DNA of 63,336 nucleotides, the filler included, from Choristocarpus tenellus KU-1152 (Eukaryota; Protista; Phaeophyceae), in assembly GCA_964200185.2 (NCBI GenBank). It is 11 parts of 11 records of this genome, joined end to end, with 100 filler letters (N's around TTAATTAATTAA, not from the genome) between each part and the next. Parts side by side here need not be neighbours in the genome. Positions count along the whole stretch, not along the records: positions 51,312 to 54,531 come from CAXNAD020021448.1; positions 54,632 to 58,821 come from CAXNAD020015776.1; positions 58,922 to 63,336 come from CAXNAD020014665.1; 8 more parts are not named here. One strand, given 5' to 3'. A model generated the notes under the pieces. It was given only the letters and a program-made list of their open reading frames with translations, made no database searches and had not been told where the DNA came from. The position numbers and the translations under genes are program-made. Below, piece by piece: positions 51,378-63,336 of this stretch (position 1 is the first letter of the stretch; each line of letters begins with the position of its first letter).

Positions 51378-54300
51378 CAGGCGTACAGGAACAGCACTTT
51401 TGTGTGAGAGGAGGGAAGCTCTTTTTGTGTTTGGTAAGGACTGCTTTCCCCTCTGCTACTACCTCATTGAGTCAAACCAACTGAGAAGTAGTAGGCAGGT
51501 TTGGACCCTTTTGAGTTCCAAGCCATCTTTCTTATCTTCTCGTGTAATACACTCTCATTTCGATGCTTTTAGTGGACAATAATAGTGCACACAAAATGGA
51601 TCAATCCCGTTTCCACACACAACAAAGTGACACCATAATTCAGAGGAAAGGCTCTCTCTGCAATTAATTGTACAAAAAATATGGAACCCTACGTACCTCT
51701 GAATTGGTTTGACTCATTATATACAAGATGTATCATGATGGGATGGAGAGCCATTTCTTCTTCTTGAGGTCGCTTTTTACTGGCATGATCATGGGACCTT
51801 CAAACCGAAAAACCCACATCTTAATTGCCATAATGGATATTTCATACGTAGTTCCGATACAATTTTATTATTGATCCTCTCACTTTGCGTTACCCCTGGG
51901 AACAATCACAACCCATCATCCATGGCCAGAGCCATTACATACTACACCACTTCTCACTAACTAGTGTTGTACTAATATCTGTTGGTGCAGTTAGTTCTAG
52001 TTGTACTAGTATTGTGGTGCCTTCGTTTACATCTTGCATCTTGATTGTTGTTTTCCAGCCAGGGATGGATACTACAATACCTCTAATCGCTCCATCTCCT
52101 TCCTCAATTTTTTTCTTAATCCTGTCGGAGCGCCGCTTGGCAATAGACGGAGCCGTGCCATCTTATGATCTTGGTTTAACTTTTTGGAGTTGTGTCATAG
52201 CACCAGATCGAATGTAGTATAGTACAGACAAGTAAGTGTGATTCTTGTGAAACAAATAAAAATACCTTCTTCTGGTACATGATTAGTGTAGTCAGGACCT
52301 TCCTGGTCCGTATAATATTTGTGTGGTAGATTATGTATGATGTACGTAGTAGCATGTGTACATAGTTTGACATTGCAGTCAGTCTTGGGATGAGAAGTGG
52401 TGATGATTATGATGGTAACAACTAGGATTTTTGTTCCTTGGAGCCCTAAAGAATGGGTCTCGATATTATGCAATGGTGTATGCATAGTTATAATCGTCAA
52501 ACCAAGAGTCCTCTGGACATGAGTGACTTTGAAGGAGATAGAAGCAAAAATTCTACACCCCCAGGAGTTGAAGGTATTTCGGATAGCTTCATACACTACG
52601 GGGTACCTCTTGTTGACGTGCGACAAAGTACAAGTTGAAGTGTTCATTATCCGAAAAATAGATGTCTCTGAGGAAGTGGTCACCAGAAGTGGTTCTGACA
52701 AAGATGTTTTGTGGGCTCGAGTGTTATCCAGACATTACGGAGCAAACGGCCTTGGCCTTATCGTCCCGAACAAAAAACGTTTTGCTATTTTGTAGGCATG
52801 GCTCTTACTATCCTCCTCGACAGGGGACGGGGAACGTAGAGAAAATACGATCTCAATGACTACGATCGAGTGGCTAGGGTTGTTTTTCGAAGTTGGCAGA
52901 ACATCCATGCGCAAACGTGCGCTAAAAAATCTAATTTCTGGATGGCTTTCACTACAAGTGACCAGCCTAAATCTGGAGCTGCACGTAACAGTTTTGAGGT
53001 TTGTTTCATGGTTATTTCATAAATATATGTATTTTCTCACAAGTGCTCCAAATGGGTTCATGCTACCATGATATCAACACACTTTGGAAAGCTGTGGATA
53101 GGTGCAAAGGTGTACGATGGTACAGAGTATAATGAAATACGTTGAGCATCAAGCAAAATCGTGTTCTTCCCAACCTTGCGGTCTGTCTCGTGCACATGTC
53201 AGTCATCACTGACAATAAACGTTTACGAATACGACAGCCACCTCCACAACTCCAGAAGAGAATCTGAAATATGTAGCAAGGAATCTATTACCATCTGGTT
53301 TCAAACGTGTATTGTATAGTGGTGGAAGTGTAGACCCGTAACGTTCGCACATGAAAATAACAATAGCATAATGTATGTTGTCGAGGAAGTGCCCCTGAGC
53401 ATCGTCCTGACATAAGGTGTTTCAGGTTGAATTTTAACGAGTGTTCCAGGGTTGGCGTTGATCGATAAAAGTTGTCCGAGGTTTTGACATTTTTGTACTG
53501 CGACGTAGCATTTTATTTTGTGCAAACCTGATGAACGAACACAAGCGATCACTCACTATTGACAATCGCATGTTGATTGGACTTTAACGAAGCTGACTAT
53601 CATTTAACCACAAATGATCATGTACATTATCATTTCTTCTGACGCGCACACACCTCTAGCAATGTAGGAACAAAAACAATATTAGCACCAAATAAAAAAG
53701 AAATTAAAGTATAATATTTTTCGCACACTTGGTCTGTACATTAGTGCTCATCCGTATTGTTCCTCCCAACCCTACCCACACACCGAAAAATAAAAAGCTC
53801 AATTAGATATTTAATGAAAAATCTAGTACTAATAAAGTGGTCCCGAACTGTCTCAGCATTCCACGCACGATCAGCACAGCACGGAACCTTCATCCCCTTG
53901 AGTCATACAGTTGGGGGCATATCTCTCCCCATTATCTTACAATGCCGCTCAGAGTTCTGCCTCACAGATAGACATAGCAAGGCGAAAAGTTTTTCCATCT
54001 ATCTGTAGCCGCATACATCCTGCTGGGTAAGGTTGGATAGGCTTCCATCTGTTCCCTTCCGATATTCCTGCTGTAGAAAGGGGCTCGAGTCTGACATCTG
54101 GGGGGTAGGTAGACATAGTGCGGTGGGGACAAGAGAGCAGATACATCCTCATAGTACATCCTCGACTCTTACGTCTAGAATCTTTGCATTGTATACTGTG
54201 AAATAATCTTTGTCTCCTACCACTATAGTACTCTTATGTGGGGCCTATCGTTTATGCTGCATGCACCTGATATACTTGTGATGTTTACGACCATGCAGGC

Positions 54301-55053
54301 ATTTTCAATGTATCGAAGACCATCAAGTACTAAATGTGTCTTACCTGATAACTCGTGTTGTCTAGCCATCAAAAAACATACCATAAGGCAACAAGGACAA
54401 AGTGCATGGGCGAAAAGTTTGTTTGTTTGTTTGAAAGTACGCCTCCATCAAGTTTTGTTATCCACCACCTACCGCAAGACGTATTCGCTTCTGTCAGGCC
54501 GGGGCATCATCATCGCCTTCAACACATCTTCNNNNNNNNNNNNNNNNNNNNNNNNNNNNNNNNNNNNNNNNNNNNTTAATTAATTAANNNNNNNNNNNNN
54601 NNNNNNNNNNNNNNNNNNNNNNNNNNNNNNNCCCCCCCAGATACTTTGACCCTTTGTTTGTGTATTGTAATAGGTGAAATGTCAAATTCAAATGTTTCTC
54701 TAGAGTTGTTGCCTCTTTTTTTTCTTTTTTCCTTTTTTTTTCAGTTTCAGTCACTTTTTTCTTACTTTTATTATGGATCAAACAGGTTAATACCCCTCTG
54801 ATTCAACAAAGGTGGCGTGAAGAGCTCTTTTGTTGCTGGTTAAGAATTGCCGTCGGTGCCCAAGTACGGCACCTCCAACCTTTGTTAATTTAGGCGTAAA
54901 TTTGACTGTGGGAAGACTTTAGATGTTGTCTGCTATAGTGGAGTGAAGTACTACTATCCTTACATTGAATACACTACCTCTCTATCTGTTGGTAGACCTT
55001 TCCTCTTCTCATTAGTTAACAACTTGGAGTTTACCTCTGTTCAATTTTTCCAG

Positions 55054-55239
55054 ATCAGCGACTTTGTAATGAGCCGGATGAGCACCACCATAACCTCATT
55101 CCACATGAGCAAGAACGAATCCCTCTTTAGGCCCAGGTGCCGTTGGTACCCTCCAGAGGTGTGGGATCCTAAGGAGTTCAATCCTGGTAAAGATCCGGCC
55201 ACTCCTTACAAGGGCGATATGTACAGGTGTGTATGTGTA

Positions 55240-55283
<44 letters not shown>

Positions 55284-56536
55284 TCCCTCTCTATAAGAGG
55301 AAGCTGCGGAGCTAATGCATTATATTGACTATTGACTCTCTCTCCACCATAACGTTTAGGTCATCCTGTAGATTTATATGTTGCTTGTACTTGGAGCTTA
55401 GTTGTGTGTGTTTGTACTTGTTCTTGAACTTGTACATGAAATTGCACAATAAGGGATCGTTACGTATGTGTCGCATAGCGTAATAGTGTTTTTTTTTCTT
55501 GTTGGAGTAAATGATATGCCATGCATTTGGCGCTTTTGGGGATATGTCTCTTTCCTCCTCCTTTACCACAAGGAACAACGTGCATATAACTTGAACTTGA
55601 GTGGGAATATGGGATATATAACCTTAACCTCAGAATTTGGACCTGTGCTCTACAAGATACCTGGGCGCTGCAGATTGAGTGTATCTCCATAGAGGTATAG
55701 AATATGTATATGTCGTGTCTCTCAATAGAGCCAAAGTATCTTAGAGGGTAGACGCTTGTCCATTTGGGGGGCAAAATTCAATGTTGCGATGTTGATATAA
55801 TTTTGACTATCGTGTTTGTTAGGAAGTGACAATATCCTTGTTCCGGACACACCTTTTCATCACATACACATTTTACCTACTCCAAAATATTTTGGACTAG
55901 GAAAATGTCATAAGAAACCCCAAGGGAAGCCAAGCTCCAAATGGACAAACAGGGCAAAACTTGTACTTTCTAAGATACTTTTACTCAATAGCTATATATT
56001 GTGTGTATGTCATGGACGGCAAGGTTTGTACCATACCGATAATTTTATTTTAGAAATAATATTCGCGCCTTTTTCCTATGCAAAAGCGCACGCCTTTCAC
56101 CTATGCACAAGTACGTGAAACAGTATGTGGGACAAGTTTGTTACTTATGAGGGTGGAATTTGTAATGCTCATGTTTCCTGCCCTTCCATTTTTGTGTCAA
56201 TGATATCATTTGTAATTGTTTTGTGATCATGGGTTGTTTATCTTTGGTCCCAATTGCTAACACCCTTGTGTTTCCTTGCACTGACCTCCTCCATAAACCA
56301 GGTTTGGCCTTATTACCTGGGAGGTTATTACGTGTAAGGTGCCATGGAATGATGTGAACGGAAATATGCAGATTGCTACCAAGGTTTTTGATGGCGAACG
56401 TCCTTGCATTCCTTCAGATACTCCTCCTGTATACCAGAATCTCATTCAGAAGTGCTGGGCACCAAGACCCCAAGACAGGCTTACCTTTTCTGACATCGTT
56501 GAGATGTTAGATGAAGCACCGAAATCAACTTGCTAA
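55054..56536 (+). CDS. Protein kinase (TKL-like) C-lobe, last two exons of a 5'-truncated gene
   Basis: Exons 55054-55226 (ISDFVMSR...RWYPPEV...GDMY) and 56302-56536 (FGLITWEVITCKVPW...GERPCIP...LIQKCW...RLTF...TAA) cover subdomains VII-XI with compatible phases. Confidence 0.88.
55728..55986 (+). mobile_element. MITE family A in the kinase intron (259 bp)
   Basis: Both TIRs present; AATA 4-bp TSD. Confidence 0.94.
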
Positions 56537-58658
56537 TATGCTGTGTATTTATAGTTTCCACCTTCTTGTTCAGGGAACGTTTTGGGTTTGGCAACATGCT
56601 CTTTTTATGCAAGAGCAAAGCTCCTTAGCGCCTTTCTTTTTGCTATAGAGCTGGCCCTATTTGTGTATGTACCCCTTTCCCATGTATTGTTGTTTGAGGA
56701 GTGCTCCTTCTGTGCTCAGTACTCTTGTTTTTTCGCATCGACCATGTTGACCTTGAATGTGCATGGGTCATGGTGGTCAAAGAGTGCAACGCAGGTAAAA
56801 ATTGAGGTGATGAGGGGTTCTACAAAGCAATATCCGTCTGCTTGACTCAGTGTTTGTGAGAGTCATTCCGTTTTCTTGAGTGAGTTGTGTTTTTTTCTTT
56901 CGCGTGTGTTGTCTACACCCTTTTTTCATACCTGACTCGATCGGACATCTGAATCGTGATGCTCTGAGGTTATCCAGGTTTGGGCTGTTTTGCTCGAGTG
57001 AAGGTATGCACCGGTAATTGTGATTGTAATTGTGATTGAGGTGGATTGCGTTCTACCACTACGTGGCAGCTGCTCCATCTTTTTGTCACTATTAGTACGT
57101 TGTATAGCTCTACATTTTTGGCATACCGTTTGTCCTTTATTTAATAAAGCACTTTGTGGGTAGTGTGAGGTGGTAATGACATCCCTTGTAACCTTTGGCT
57201 CCTCTGATGTTGTGTTGGTCGTATCTACAGTGCAGGGGTAGGAGTTCCATTTTTGTGGTTTGGTTGGTTTTAGCTATAGGCAGAGTGTACCTCAGCAAGT
57301 GTGTCAAAGTGGTTCCAAGACAAGAGTAGAAGGGGTGTTGGTGAGAGTGCATCCTATTTTATGCCTCGATTTGGCATTGTAAGCTACTCTATTGGCGGAA
57401 GTGTTTGTTTATATTTCTTGGTTGAGTGATGAATGAACGGCGTGATGGAACTGAAATGGGTGAGTGGAGAGAGGGTCTAAGATAGATGATGAGAATGTAG
57501 AGGCTATGTCATTCATGTTGATCCTGTCTCTGTTTGAGTTCTGCTTCGAACAAAGGTTCCTTTGCACCAACTTGGAGTGGATTTTATGAAACTTGAATTG
57601 TTGGGGATTTTTTCTCAAGTGGATTAAAATCTGAATTTTCTGTTTGTCATGGAATTTTTGGTAGTGTGAAGCCGAGCTGAAGTAGGGTTAACCTATTACG
57701 ATCATGTGTGTGTGTGTGTGTTCTTCCCTTTCTGTTGCATTTTTGAGGACGTTTGGAGGAGGATGTCCTCCTCCACCACCAGAATGACTGCAAATGTTTT
57801 TATGCTAGTATAGTGCACATTACCTTTACTCCCTCTTCACTGACATCATCTCTCTATGTTCTCACTTTCCTACTACTACTCGCAAGGTTCGCACTACTGG
57901 TAGAAATGATATTGACCTCTTCATGACTGGGGGGTCATGGTAAAAAGAAGGATGGTGATAGTACCACCAGTAGTTGGGTGTAGTCATCATCATTGTAAGG
58001 TGCTCACAGTGATACTGTTCTTTACGTTGACTTGCTACTAATACTACTGAGACTATACTGGGGGTGGAGCTATGTATTATTACTAATCTACTTGAAGTAA
58101 ATATGGCATGTCATACGAAGATAATTTTATGTTGTGTCGTAGGTTCGTGTGCGAGTAGCAAGTATGGTATTGAATGGAACACAATGCGCACGCCATCTCA
58201 CACCAGAAATTTAGGGCAGTCGTGGAGAAGCATGACATTTTCCATGTTGGATATTATTTATCATTCAATGTCTTACGTGTGACATGGATAGTATGATGAG
58301 AACATTATTTTTCTTCTCCAGTTTTGTTCCGACACTCTTCCTTTTATGAAGAAATGGAGATCCAGCATGGACTTCGGTATTGGTGTTTACACAGCAAATA
58401 CCTACCTACCTAGTAAACGTTGTCCTTTTGCAGTATTGGAGGTTTTCTTTTCGATTCTTTGTGTGAGTGATACATATACCTTAAAATATACTACCTTCGA
58501 GCGATAAGTTTGTGCCGTGTTGTCCATAACATTTGAAGATGATGAAATTCATTTCTGAAAGATTTGGAATCTTTGACGAATTTCGTATTGGGTCCGCTCT
58601 TTTTATTAATACTCTCCATCCATCACAGTTTTATCAGCCACAGAAAAATTCTCCATGT

Positions 58659-58821
58659 AACAGTGGATTTTAAAAATTGGGGATGGAGCGGGGCTATGAG
58701 GATGGTTGTTCGGTGAAAACGGTCTTGATAAGGTACCGAAAGGTTTTTTTTTGCAACTGTTTTTGCACTTGAAAGGGCCCGGGATATGTCTTTTTTTGGA
58801 AATGTTTTGGCACTTTTTAAG
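58659..58821 (+). mobile_element. Family D left end, truncated by contig end
   Basis: aacagtggattttaaaaattggggatggagcggggctatgaggatggttgttcggtgaaaac. Confidence 0.78.
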
Positions 58822-61800
58822 NNNNNNNNNNNNNNNNNNNNNNNNNNNNNNNNNNNNNNNNNNNNTTAATTAATTAANNNNNNNNNNNNNNNNNNNNNNN
58901 NNNNNNNNNNNNNNNNNNNNNATATTACAACAGATCAAACCCTTTGCTGTAACCCTCCCCCCCCCACCTCCTCCCCCATACTTTCCTTTATCCAAGCCTT
59001 TTGATAATGGTGACACGATGCTACAGTTTACTCTGAAAATGACACTACGTGGAGTGATTGGCAGGCACTATCAAGTAGCCGTTACAATTTTTCTCACTGG
59101 GACAATCCCGCTCCACCCGTGAGCGATTGCACGCCTTGAACAATATATCTATCAAAGCCATGGTATCCCCAAAACAGTCCGGATGAAAACAGTTACAATT
59201 AACACATGTTGCGCCATAGCATCATTTTAGCAAAACCACAAATGATGTTCCAAGGTGAGAATACCTTTCTTTTCATGAATACAACTTGTTTTCATTTCAT
59301 TGGGAAGGCTGCAGGGTGCATATGCAAAGGGAGCGAGCGCTATACACATCAATGCACTATCAAGGTGACCCGGTTATCAACAGACAGCAGAGCATGTAAC
59401 ACCTTTGTATCATTATTCAACCAATGTGGAAGCTATTTGTCGTGAAAATGCCCTGGAATGAAACTAAACAGTTAATATTAATCCAACCATTACCATTACA
59501 TACCATCACAAACACATAAAAGCACATACCGTGTCTGGCGGGCCCACTAGCAGAATTTCCCACAGAAAGATGTTGGCATCGTCTGCCAGGCCCACGGATA
59601 CTCCCTCGGGAGGGTTCTTGTTCAGTTCTAACAAGCAATATGGTAGGAATATGAATAGTGGGACAACCACATGAGGATTGAGTGAGAGGTTGATTGAAAA
59701 ATCACAAGACGGGAAACAAAAAGTAAGGGAAAAACATTAATGGCAATTCATATGGGATTGACGAAAGGGATGGATGGGAGGGGGAGTAAACACTCTCAAA
59801 CAAGCTCATACTTTGACTTGCGTAAGAATCCTTGTTGAGAAGCAAACACTGACACAACTGTAATCTCTTTTTACTCTTGTCTGTCTACGTATGTATGAAG
59901 GAAGACAGAGGTCAGGGGGAAAAATTGTAGGTGTGGTGTGCTTAAGTTATGGCACGTTGCCAGAATGAATTAGACTACAATATCAGACATGCTGAATCCC
60001 AGGCGACATTTTTGTGGGATCGGGGGTGGGGGAAGGGAGATATTACCAATGGGTTGGCAGCAAGGAAGTTACACTATAGCACAGGTTTGACACCAGTACC
60101 ATAGGGCACAAAAAACACTAGATCAGGAAAGGCTGGGTGATGTTAGGGGACGTTTAAAGGAAGAGATTGTTTAGGGCAACAATAATACTTGTACTGCCAC
60201 TACAATGATATAACTGTCCATATTTAGCACTACATACACCTGTAGTTCAATAGTATCAAGGCTGTTGAAGACAATCGGGTGAAAAGATCGATATGGTAGC
60301 AGTAAGGTGTAACAAGGCTCACAACTACATTTCTTTAGCAGAAATGGTGAAGCAGGGTGTCAGGAAACAAGTACACATGATGAAAGGCATAGTGATGCGG
60401 AGAGTATAAGGAGGCCACAAGATTGAAGAACACAGGGCATTGACAGTTACCTGGATAGGTGTGAGAGTATTCGTGACCAGCCAACATAACCAACACATAG
60501 GGTGCAGTGCTGCAGCGGGGGTAAGTAGTTCTATCGAAAGAAGATATGTGACAAGGCGGTGGAAGGGCGAGGATTCTCCAGTAGTATGGGGAGACGGACT
60601 TGCGAGAATTATCACGTTGGGGGGGAATTAGGACGGCAAGATCGATCTCCTTGATAGCGAGAAATTTGCTTAGTATGAAAAAAGATCAGGCACTAGGTAT
60701 GACAGAGGAAATTGTTTTGGGGTGATTATATGAGACATAACGAAAAACCTGGAGAAAAGGGACGAAAGGGCAGATGTTTCCCTGACCGACTCTTGTTTTA
60801 CCCGAGGTCACTCTAGAGAGTACCACCCTAAAGATTATTGTAGTAAAGTCAGTACCGCAGTAAAGATAGGCATTGCAACGTTCGTCGGGAAGTAACGAAA
60901 ATCATGGCATGTAGATGACAATTGTGGCATGAGCGAAGAGACAAAAACTACCTGTTCTAGAAATGCTATCGGCGAGTCACTCACCGTTAAGTTGTCTCCT
61001 GAGGAGTTCAGTTGCATAGTCTGCCATGGTCGCCTGAAACACCACATCAGATAGCATATGAGTATGAATGAGCCTTCTGTCCCTTCACTGTGGCCATTAC
61101 TCAATATATATTGATAATGGGATCGATTGAGGTATTGGACGGCTCGCTCGAGGGTTCTAGTGACATCATATGATATGATCACAAGAGGAATAATATGGAT
61201 CATATTCTATTGACTACATTGGCGAGGTCTTTAGAAAGGAGTCGGTAGATTCCACCACGACTAACTCTATGCCTCGAGAAGGTGGTTATAAAAAAAGCCC
61301 ACAGAAACAAAACTTGGCCGGCAAAACACGTGCAACATCTAACCCACACCTTCTAGCGACCCCCGATTCCAGGCTGTATTCAAATCCCTCGTGTATTGCA
61401 ATTAACCTTCCTTCCCTTCCTGGTTCTTGTCCCCTGTCGTGGGAAGCTCGTTGGCCCAAAGTTGCTCGCAGAAGTCGAAGTTTGAAAGAGTAGGCAGTGC
61501 TTCCGGGTGAAGATTACCAACTCAAAGAAGGTTCAGGTCAAGTCCGTCAAGCACGGACGACGTTGCCGACGGACAAAGATTGTGTTGGGGGCGGCACAGC
61601 GTCTGACTGGGTAGGATGGGGTGGAGTCGCTGTGAGGGGTTGCTAGTTGGCGTTTTGGTAGAGGAGATGATGGGTTTATCTTTCGAGTTTTGATTGGTTG
61701 AAATATTATCAAGAATACCGACTCTGCCCTAACAACTTTTTCTCACAAGGCATTGGAGGGAGGTATACTCTTACAAGTGTTGGTGGTATAACCGAGTAGA

Positions 61801-62036
61801 TCACACGGTTCGAGGTATAATCAGGTTATATATATAGTCGTCCCCCGTTGTGTCCAGGTGTGCACCTTTTTCCCCACTGCGAGCTAGAGAGGAGAGGGCC
61901 CGCCTTATTTTCTGTGAGTTGATGCAGTGGTGATTCTTGACTTGTGTTCCCTACCCACCTGTGTGGTTGTTCTCTTCACTTCCGACAACCACTTGGTAGA
62001 TTTCATTCTTGCTGAGGAAAGCTCTCCTGCTCCCTG

Positions 62037-63052
62037 GTGTGCCCAGCTATCCTCAAAGACCAACGGTCTCGGTTTATCACCACTGGTACACGCACTACTC
62101 TGCTGCTGGAAACCTTGTTGAAGAAGTCGGTGAAAAGGATGAGGTCCCAGTCTCAGGATTGGCAGGTGGACTTCGAGCGAGCGAGAGGGATTGTCCAGCA
62201 AATCAGGACCAGCACTTTCACACCCTCGCCGATGCAGGTTAGACTTCTGACTTGTCCATGGGTGGTGGAGGCACACCAAAACCTGTGGATCACCTTTTGC
62301 CACTTGACCCCTTGTTGTATTGTCACCTAGATGGTCCCCTCCACTTTTCTTGTTCTAGTTTGCTTCCCAAGACTTCTTGTCCCTCGTTGCATTGCCTTGG
62401 ACTTTACTCAGATAAACAACCTCTCCTCCACAATGAGTGGGCTCAGAAACATGCTGGAAGCGATGGAGAGGCGACCTGTGGACTTTGCCATGCGAGTTAC
62501 TGTGTGTGTTTAAAGCTGTAGCGTTGGTGGTACTTATGAAGTCATGCTTTGGTTGCTTGCCCTCGACATCGACCCCTCCGTGTCGCCCGAACTTGATTCT
62601 TGCACGAAATCATGCGACTTCTCATCACCTTACCGGAGCTACTCGCGTACTTTGACTCCATATAGTACGCGTGTGTGAGTGGAGAACGTGCTCAGAACAC
62701 GTAATTCGTCTTCAATTCACCCCACTGCATATTGTTCGCTTATACTCTGTCTCGAGACGACGTGGGGTGCAACACGTGCAGCATAGGTTGAGACTGTTGC
62801 TGTTTTATTGAGGGGACTTCCTCCCGTGAGTTCTGTGCACAAGACTCAAGTGCCCTCCCCGCATCTAATATGACTGCCCTTGTTGAACATTCATGCGCTC
62901 GGATTTGGGCTGACATCAAACCTGGCCCTACTACTGCCCTGCTTCCGTCTCATCGTCGGGACAATGCACCACTGGTACATGGATTTGGGTTGCAGGGGAC
63001 AGAGTGAAGTGCAAAAACGGAGGGCCATGCTTGAGACTCTTCAGCAGGACGT
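62037..63052 (+). CDS. Possible exons of an unknown spliced gene
   Basis: ...FTPSPMQ|gttag (~62237) can join cag|INNLSSTMSGLRNMLEAMERR (~62412) in phase 0, and a further helical segment GQSEVQKRRAMLETLQQDV|gtaag lies near 63000. No family recognised. Confidence 0.3.
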
Positions 63053-63336
63053 GGTAAGAAACCGAGAGATCCCATTGAAGGATGAGAGGCTCGAGAGAGC
63101 AACGCCTACAGTATCGTTATGGTATCTTGTTCATTTTTATGTTATGGTTTTGCTCTATCTGACTAGGACCTTCCTCCACAGCGAAGCTTGTGTGGTACGT
63201 CTACACTACATTCAATGTGTGTTTTTGAAGTATTTTTTTCTCCCTTGTGATCCATCCAGAATTCATTAACTGCTGGTAGTGGCGCCATGGTGGGCGGAGG
63301 TGGGGTGGAAGGTCAGGCGGGTATGACCATGGGGGG

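Noticed and set aside
51400-54531. Short ORFs in contig 9 as genes, or a Fanzor/TnpB-like nuclease
   Set aside because: No RuvC, zinc-finger or other recognisable motifs, and no consistent exon chain.

Overview
This is not one contiguous locus. It is 11 short contigs of an intron-rich, repeat-rich eukaryotic nuclear genome, joined by artificial 100-bp linkers (44 N + TTAATTAATTAA + 44 N). CFAP65, TTAGGG repeats and the gene style suggest a flagellated stramenopile or brown-alga-like organism; the taxon is an inference. Genes reconstructed from GT-AG splice sites with consistent phases: partial CFAP65 (9 exons), a complete 4-exon WW-domain gene head-to-head with an intronless COX5B, a spliced type II membrane protein with a DUF6625-like domain, the 3' end of an atypical TKL-like kinase, and two exons of a coiled-coil protein. 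Mobile DNA dominates the rest. Two related MITE families (A ~259 bp, B ~180 bp, about 23 copies or fragments) share an AAAGTATCT TIR core and make 4-bp TSDs (Sola2-like). A third TIR family (D) includes a 62-bp TIR-only derivative. There is also a non-LTR 3'-tail family (C), and decayed pogo, plant-type mariner, ISRm11-like, Copia-type gag and Gypsy-type integrase remnants. The most notable observations are the Sola-like MITE pair, the DUF6625-like putative glycosyltransferase, a COX5B lacking its zinc-binding cysteines, a duplicated splice acceptor bracketing an insertion, and a MITE-bridged Copia/Gypsy junction. I found no CRISPR, Fanzor/TnpB, rRNA or tRNA gene, and no clearly new multi-gene system.
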